Source of the DNA: an uncultured virus (IMG/VR IMGVR_UViG_3300029955_000846)
Lineage: Duplodnaviria > Heunggongvirae > Uroviricota > Caudoviricetes
Length of the DNA stretch: 20,000 nucleotides
Reading direction: 5' to 3' (one strand)
IMG/VR virus record: IMGVR_UViG_3300029955_000846
Translations under genes and position numbers: made by a program
Part shown: piece after piece, positions 16,728 to 20,000 of the stretch
How positions within the stretch are numbered: position 1 is the first letter of the stretch
Layout: each line of letters begins with the position of its first letter
Notes under the pieces: model-generated
Told to the model about the DNA's origin: nothing
The model's input: the letters and a program-made list of their open reading frames with translations, nothing else
Database searches by the model: none

Positions 16728-16822
16728 TCTAGCGACCCGCAGGTAATTCAGCGGGAGAAGTTGAACCAACCAACGGTGTTCATCGTGCCGGGGTTCAATT
16801 CCCCGGACTGCGGGTCGCTAGA
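16728..16822 (+). ncRNA. tRNA-like element (non-canonical)
   Basis: 15-bp perfect closing stem, D-like arm TTC-AGCGGGA-GAA, TGAAC/GTTCA arm with 11-nt loop, T arm CCGGGG-TTCAATT-CCCCGG; no CCA. Confidence 0.65.
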
Positions 16823-16912
16823 TCTGATCGGGTGATGGTAGAAATCCAGAACAGGAATGCTAGACCAGCACTGCGCCGAGGATTCCGGCAGCTACCGTCA
16901 CCCGATCAGATC
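16821..16912. repeat. 21-bp inverted repeat spanning the integrase stop codon
   Basis: GATCTGATCGGGTGATGGTAG (16821-16841) vs CTACCGTCACCCGATCAGATC (16892-16912); one mismatch, which is a U-G pair on the + strand. Confidence 0.85.
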
Positions 16913-18079
16913 GTCGTTCTCGAACTGGTCCAACATATCCGCCCAGGCCTGCATCATCTGCGTGCGCCCCTCGAGATATTCGGCGGCGTTGTAAGCCCCG
17001 CGAACCTTGTTTTCCTCGACGTGAGCAAGCTGGCGCTCCACCCAGTCGAAATTCCAACCAGCCTCATTCAGAACGGTTGATGCCATGCGGCGAAAGCCGT
17101 GGTGCGTCGCCTGCTCTTTGGAAAAGCCCAGATTGCGCAGCGCTGCGTTGACGGTGTTCTCGCTGATCGGGCGCTGGTCAGATCGCAGCGACGGAAACAG
17201 CAAACCCTTCGGCTCGTAGAACGTCTTGAGGCGTTCTAGGCATGAGACGGCCTGGCGGCTGAGTGGCACGTAATGCAGCCGCTTCATTTTCATGCGCTCG
17301 GCGGGGATCGTCCACAAGGCTTGGTCGAGATCGATTTCCGACCAGGTGGCCATCCGCAGTTCGCCAGGCCGCACGAACGTGATCGCACCGAACCTCATGG
17401 CGACCCCGACGGCGGGATGCCCCTTGTACTCGCCTATAGCGCGCATAAGAGCGCCTATCGCACTGGGGGTGAGGGGTGCAGCGCGGTGCTTCTCTTTTGG
17501 GGCTACCATGAGCGCGCCGGCGATATCGGCGCATGGATCGCGCAGGGCCACCCCACTGGCGATCCCGAAGCGGAAGACCCGAGAGCAAACGGTGCGTAGG
17601 CGGCGGGCTGAATGATGGCGCCCTTGAGCCTCCACACGGCGAATCAGTTCGAGCACCTCGGGCGCCTCGATCGTGGTGATGTCGCGATCATTGAGGCTTA
17701 CCACGAACCGAAGCAGCCATTCGGTCTTCTCGATCGTTGCTTGCGCGGATTCCGGGATCACGCGCGTCACAAGCCACTGCTCGGCAACCGTCCCAAAGGT
17801 GGTTACCGATTTCCGCTCCGGTTCGGCTTGGCCCTTCGGATCGCCCGAGGATCGCAAATTATCGCGCGCTTCATCGCGAAGGGTGCGCGCCTGCTTCAAG
17901 GTCACCTCGGGAAAGGTGCCGAGCGCCATCGTCTTCCGCTTGCCGCCAGCATCGTAATCAAGCCGCCAGCAGCGCGTGCCGTTTGCCTTCACCAGCAGAT
18001 AGAGGCGTTGTTCGTCGAACATTTTGTAGTCGCGCTCGCGCGGTTTTGCGTTGCGCACGACGAGATCGCTAAGTGGCAT
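16898..18079 (-). CDS. int: P4-family tyrosine integrase, 393 aa
   Basis: N-terminal arm-binding domain (MPLSDLVVRNAKPRERDYKMFD...LGTFPEVTLKQAR); catalytic R (FVRPGE), HGFR, LAH and GAYN; adjacent to the tRNA 3' end. Confidence 0.95.
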   Translation of the reverse strand: MPLSDLVVRNAKPRERDYKMFDEQRLYLLVKANGTRCWRLDYDAGGKRKTMALGTFPEVTLKQARTLRDEARDNLRSSGDPKGQAEPERKSVTTFGTVAEQWLVTRVIPESAQATIEKTEWLLRFVVSLNDRDITTIEAPEVLELIRRVEAQGRHHSARRLRTVCSRVFRFGIASGVALRDPCADIAGALMVAPKEKHRAAPLTPSAIGALMRAIGEYKGHPAVGVAMRFGAITFVRPGELRMATWSEIDLDQALWTIPAERMKMKRLHYVPLSRQAVSCLERLKTFYEPKGLLFPSLRSDQRPISENTVNAALRNLGFSKEQATHHGFRRMASTVLNEAGWNFDWVERQLAHVEENKVRGAYNAAEYLEGRTQMMQAWADMLDQFENDDLIG

Positions 18080-18082
18080 GTC

Positions 18083-18184
18083 GATACCCCGTAGGTTCCC
18101 GATACCCCGTCTGGATACCCCGAAATGGGTTGGACGTAGGTGGTTTTTGGTGGATTTATATGTGATGCCCAAACTCGGGGTATC
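18083..18184. repeat. Putative integrase arm-type binding sites (GATACCCCG x3 direct, x1 inverted)
   Basis: Copies at 18083-18091, 18101-18109 and 18114-18122; inverted CGGGGTATC at 18176-18184; between tRNA and int start. Confidence 0.7.
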
Positions 18185-18244
18185 ACAGGAAACTCCTGAT
18201 TTTCAGGGGTTTCTAGCGCCATTTTCGTTGATTTGGAAGGCCAA

Positions 18245-18320
18245 TGGTGCCCGGGGACGGAGTCGAACCGCCGACACTGCGATTTTCAGTCGCATGCTCT
18301 ACCAACTGAGCTACCCGGGC
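18245..18320 (-). tRNA. tRNA-Phe (GAA), probable attB/att core
   Basis: GCCCGGGTAGCTCAGTTGGTAGAGCATGCGACTGAAAATCGCAGTGTCGGCGGTTCGACTCCGTCCCCGGGCACCA; 76 nt, full cloverleaf, encoded CCA. Confidence 0.98.
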
Positions 18321-18418
18321 ATCGCGTCCGCGGCCAGTCCGGAAAGGTTCCGAAAGGGGGCCGTCTGCGTTTGGTCGGGCGCCTATGGCGAAGCGCGCCG
18401 CGCTTGGCAAGCCCTCAA

Positions 18419-18616
18419 TTACACATCGCTGTCATCATCGCGCTGGTGGGTGCGGGGCATGGCCTCGGGATCGGCGGGCGGGCCGGGGATGGCATAGCCG
18501 TCGCCCAGCCATTGGAGCAGATCGCGGTCGCGGCAACGCGCCGAACAGAACGGGGCATAGGCTTCGGCGCGCGCGCGGCGGCAGACCGGGCAGGGTTTGG
18601 TGGGGGCTTTGGTCAC
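18419..18616 (-). CDS. yacG: DNA gyrase inhibitor YacG, 65 aa
   Basis: CPVC...[29 protein letters not shown] start overlapping the upstream stop. Confidence 0.9.
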   Translation of the reverse strand: MTKAPTKPCPVCRRARAEAYAPFCSARCRDRDLLQWLGDGYAIPGPPADPEAMPRTHQRDDDSDV

Positions 18617-19599
18617 GGGGCGATCGCCTGCGCGAAAGCGCCCTCCGGCGCAAGTGCCGGATCGATGCGCCAGCCGATTCGCCGCCCGGTCCGTCGCGCG
18701 AGAGCCGCCTCCCATGCCGGGCGCACGGCCGCACGCACTGCCGGCGGCGCGGTCAGTTCGAGGTCGCCGGGCGTCTCCACGCCCTCGGCGCGGCGCAGCA
18801 GCATCCGTGCCGCCGCCCCATAGCGATCGGCCGCCAGCATCGCCGGCAGCGAGGGCCGCTCTGCGCGGGCGACGATCTGCACGAAGCCAAAGCCGTTCAT
18901 TGCCGTCCGCTCGTGCGGCCAATCGGCCAAAGCATCTTCCAGCGCCGCGTCCACCGCGCGGCGGTCGGCTTTTTCGGACAACGTGGGGAAATCGATGCCG
19001 ATCGAACCGGCAATGTCCATTCGCGCCAAAGCCTGCGCCGCGTGCCCCGCCGCCGCCAGCGCCAAAGCGCGCAAGGGCAGATCACCGTCGACATCGATCA
19101 GCGTCATCGCCGGGGTGGGGCAGATCAGCAAGGTGCCGCCGGGGAAGGCCACTGTGCCCCCCCAGGCCTCGCCCCACACATCCTCCCACAGCCCCGCCGG
19201 GAAGCGCCGCACCGGGCGGACCCGCCCCGGCAGGGCCTTGGCCAAAGGCGGCGCGGGGGCAGGGGCAGCGGTCGAAAGCCGGCACCGGGCGGATTTACGC
19301 CGCGCGGCGGCGCCGTCGATCGCGGTTTCGGGCATGGCGGCGCGGGTCACTTCGACGCGGATCGTCGCGCCCTCGGCGGCATCGGCGGGCAGGCGGTCGA
19401 TCAGGCCCTCGCTGCCATCGGCAAAGCGCACCACGCCGCGCGGCGATCCCTTGGGGCGCAGGATCAACGGCACATCGGCCACCAGCCCCGCCGCCACGCC
19501 GCCCCAATCGAGCCTTGCCGCCACGACTTCACCGCCACGGAGGCCAAGCGCGCGGCTCTCGCCGATCCCCTGTTCGACGAGCCATTCCTCCACGATCAT
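18613..19599 (-). CDS. Ribonuclease E/G-like protein (short alphaproteobacterial form), 328 aa
   Basis: [20 protein letters not shown] and MNGFGFVQI motifs; lies between maf and yacG. Confidence 0.8.
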   Translation of the reverse strand: MIVEEWLVEQGIGESRALGLRGGEVVAARLDWGGVAAGLVADVPLILRPKGSPRGVVRFADGSEGLIDRLPADAAEGATIRVEVTRAAMPETAIDGAAARRKSARCRLSTAAPAPAPPLAKALPGRVRPVRRFPAGLWEDVWGEAWGGTVAFPGGTLLICPTPAMTLIDVDGDLPLRALALAAAGHAAQALARMDIAGSIGIDFPTLSEKADRRAVDAALEDALADWPHERTAMNGFGFVQIVARAERPSLPAMLAADRYGAAARMLLRRAEGVETPGDLELTAPPAVRAAVRPAWEAALARRTGRRIGWRIDPALAPEGAFAQAIAP

Positions 19600-19605
19600 G
19601 CGGGG

Positions 19606-20000
19606 TCAGCCGAGCCGGAGGCCGGCGCTGCGCAACAAGGCGCGCGTCTCGAACAGCGGCAGGCCCATCACGCCCGAATGGCTGCCCGAGATGAACCGCA
19701 CCAACGCCTCGGCGCGGCCCTGGATGGCATAGCCGCCCGCCTTGCCCAGCCCTTCGCCGCTGGCGACATAGGCGGCGATCTCGGCTTCGGACAGGCGGGT
19801 GAAGGCAACGACGGTGTCGGCCACACGGTGCCGCGCCACGCCACGGGCGTCGATCACGCAGACCGCCGAAATACAATGATGCCGCCGCCCGGAGAGCCGC
19901 CGCAGCATCGCCGCGACCTGTTCGGGCGTCTCGGCCTTGTCGAGGATGCGGGCCCCCAGCGCCACCGTCGTGTCACCGGCGAGCACGACCTCGCCCTCTG
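19606..20000 (-). CDS. maf: Maf-family nucleoside triphosphate pyrophosphatase (5' end beyond the window)
   Basis: VLAGDTTV, ILDK, LSGRRH, GKAGGYAIQG and GSHSGVMGLPL motifs. Confidence 0.93.
   Translation of the reverse strand, partial: EGEVVLAGDTTVALGARILDKAETPEQVAAMLRRLSGRRHHCISAVCVIDARGVARHRVADTVVAFTRLSEAEIAAYVASGEGLGKAGGYAIQGRAEALVRFISGSHSGVMGLPLFETRALLRSAGLRLG

Larger units (their letters stand above)
1..18244 (-). mobile_element. Prophage (lambda/Chi-like head genes, long non-contractile tail) integrated at tRNA-Phe; extends beyond left edge
   Basis: Integrase next to tRNA 3' end, contiguous head-tail operon, visibly lower GC than the host genes right of the tRNA. The second att copy is not in the window. 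Confidence 0.93.

Noticed and set aside
18080..18172. ORF-track N-terminal extensions (int to 18172, gpZ-like to 6562, yacG to 18922, terS to 16160)
   Set aside because: They overlap att repeats or neighbouring genes; family-typical starts lie downstream.
1..20000. CRISPR array, diversity-generating retroelement, IS element or intron
   Set aside because: No regularly spaced repeat-spacer array, reverse transcriptase, transposase or interrupted gene was seen.

Overview
The window holds one end of a temperate siphovirus prophage (1-~18244, all genes on the minus strand) integrated at the 3' end of a host tRNA-Phe(GAA), followed by conserved host genes (yacG, RNase E/G-like, maf). The host is probably an alphaproteobacterium, likely a sphingomonad (inferred from gene order). 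Order of transcription from the tRNA: P4-type tyrosine integrase, a ~620-bp non-coding region, AlpA-family regulator/excisionase, small terminase, cytosine methyltransferase, GpA-type large terminase, gpW, lambda-type portal, S49 protease/scaffold, decoration protein, capsid E, connector and tail genes, tail chaperone with a -1 frameshift, and a tape measure protein (not in the ORF track because it runs off the left edge) carrying a CHAP-like amidase domain. Main observations: (1) the int-alpA gap looks like a promoter-driven cluster of structured non-coding RNAs on the + strand (a ~205-nt multi-helix RNA with two possible pseudoknots, a tRNA-like element with a 15-bp closing stem, and a 21-bp stem that includes the integrase stop), plus a separate ~70-nt sRNA candidate; (2) a 17-bp palindrome, consensus RTCAC-N7-KTGAY, occurs nine times, at two predicted promoters and near structural-gene starts; (3) the methyltransferase appears to be split into two subunits encoded in overlapping frames and is bounded by an 18-bp direct repeat. 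All folds and family calls were made by eye and need computational confirmation.
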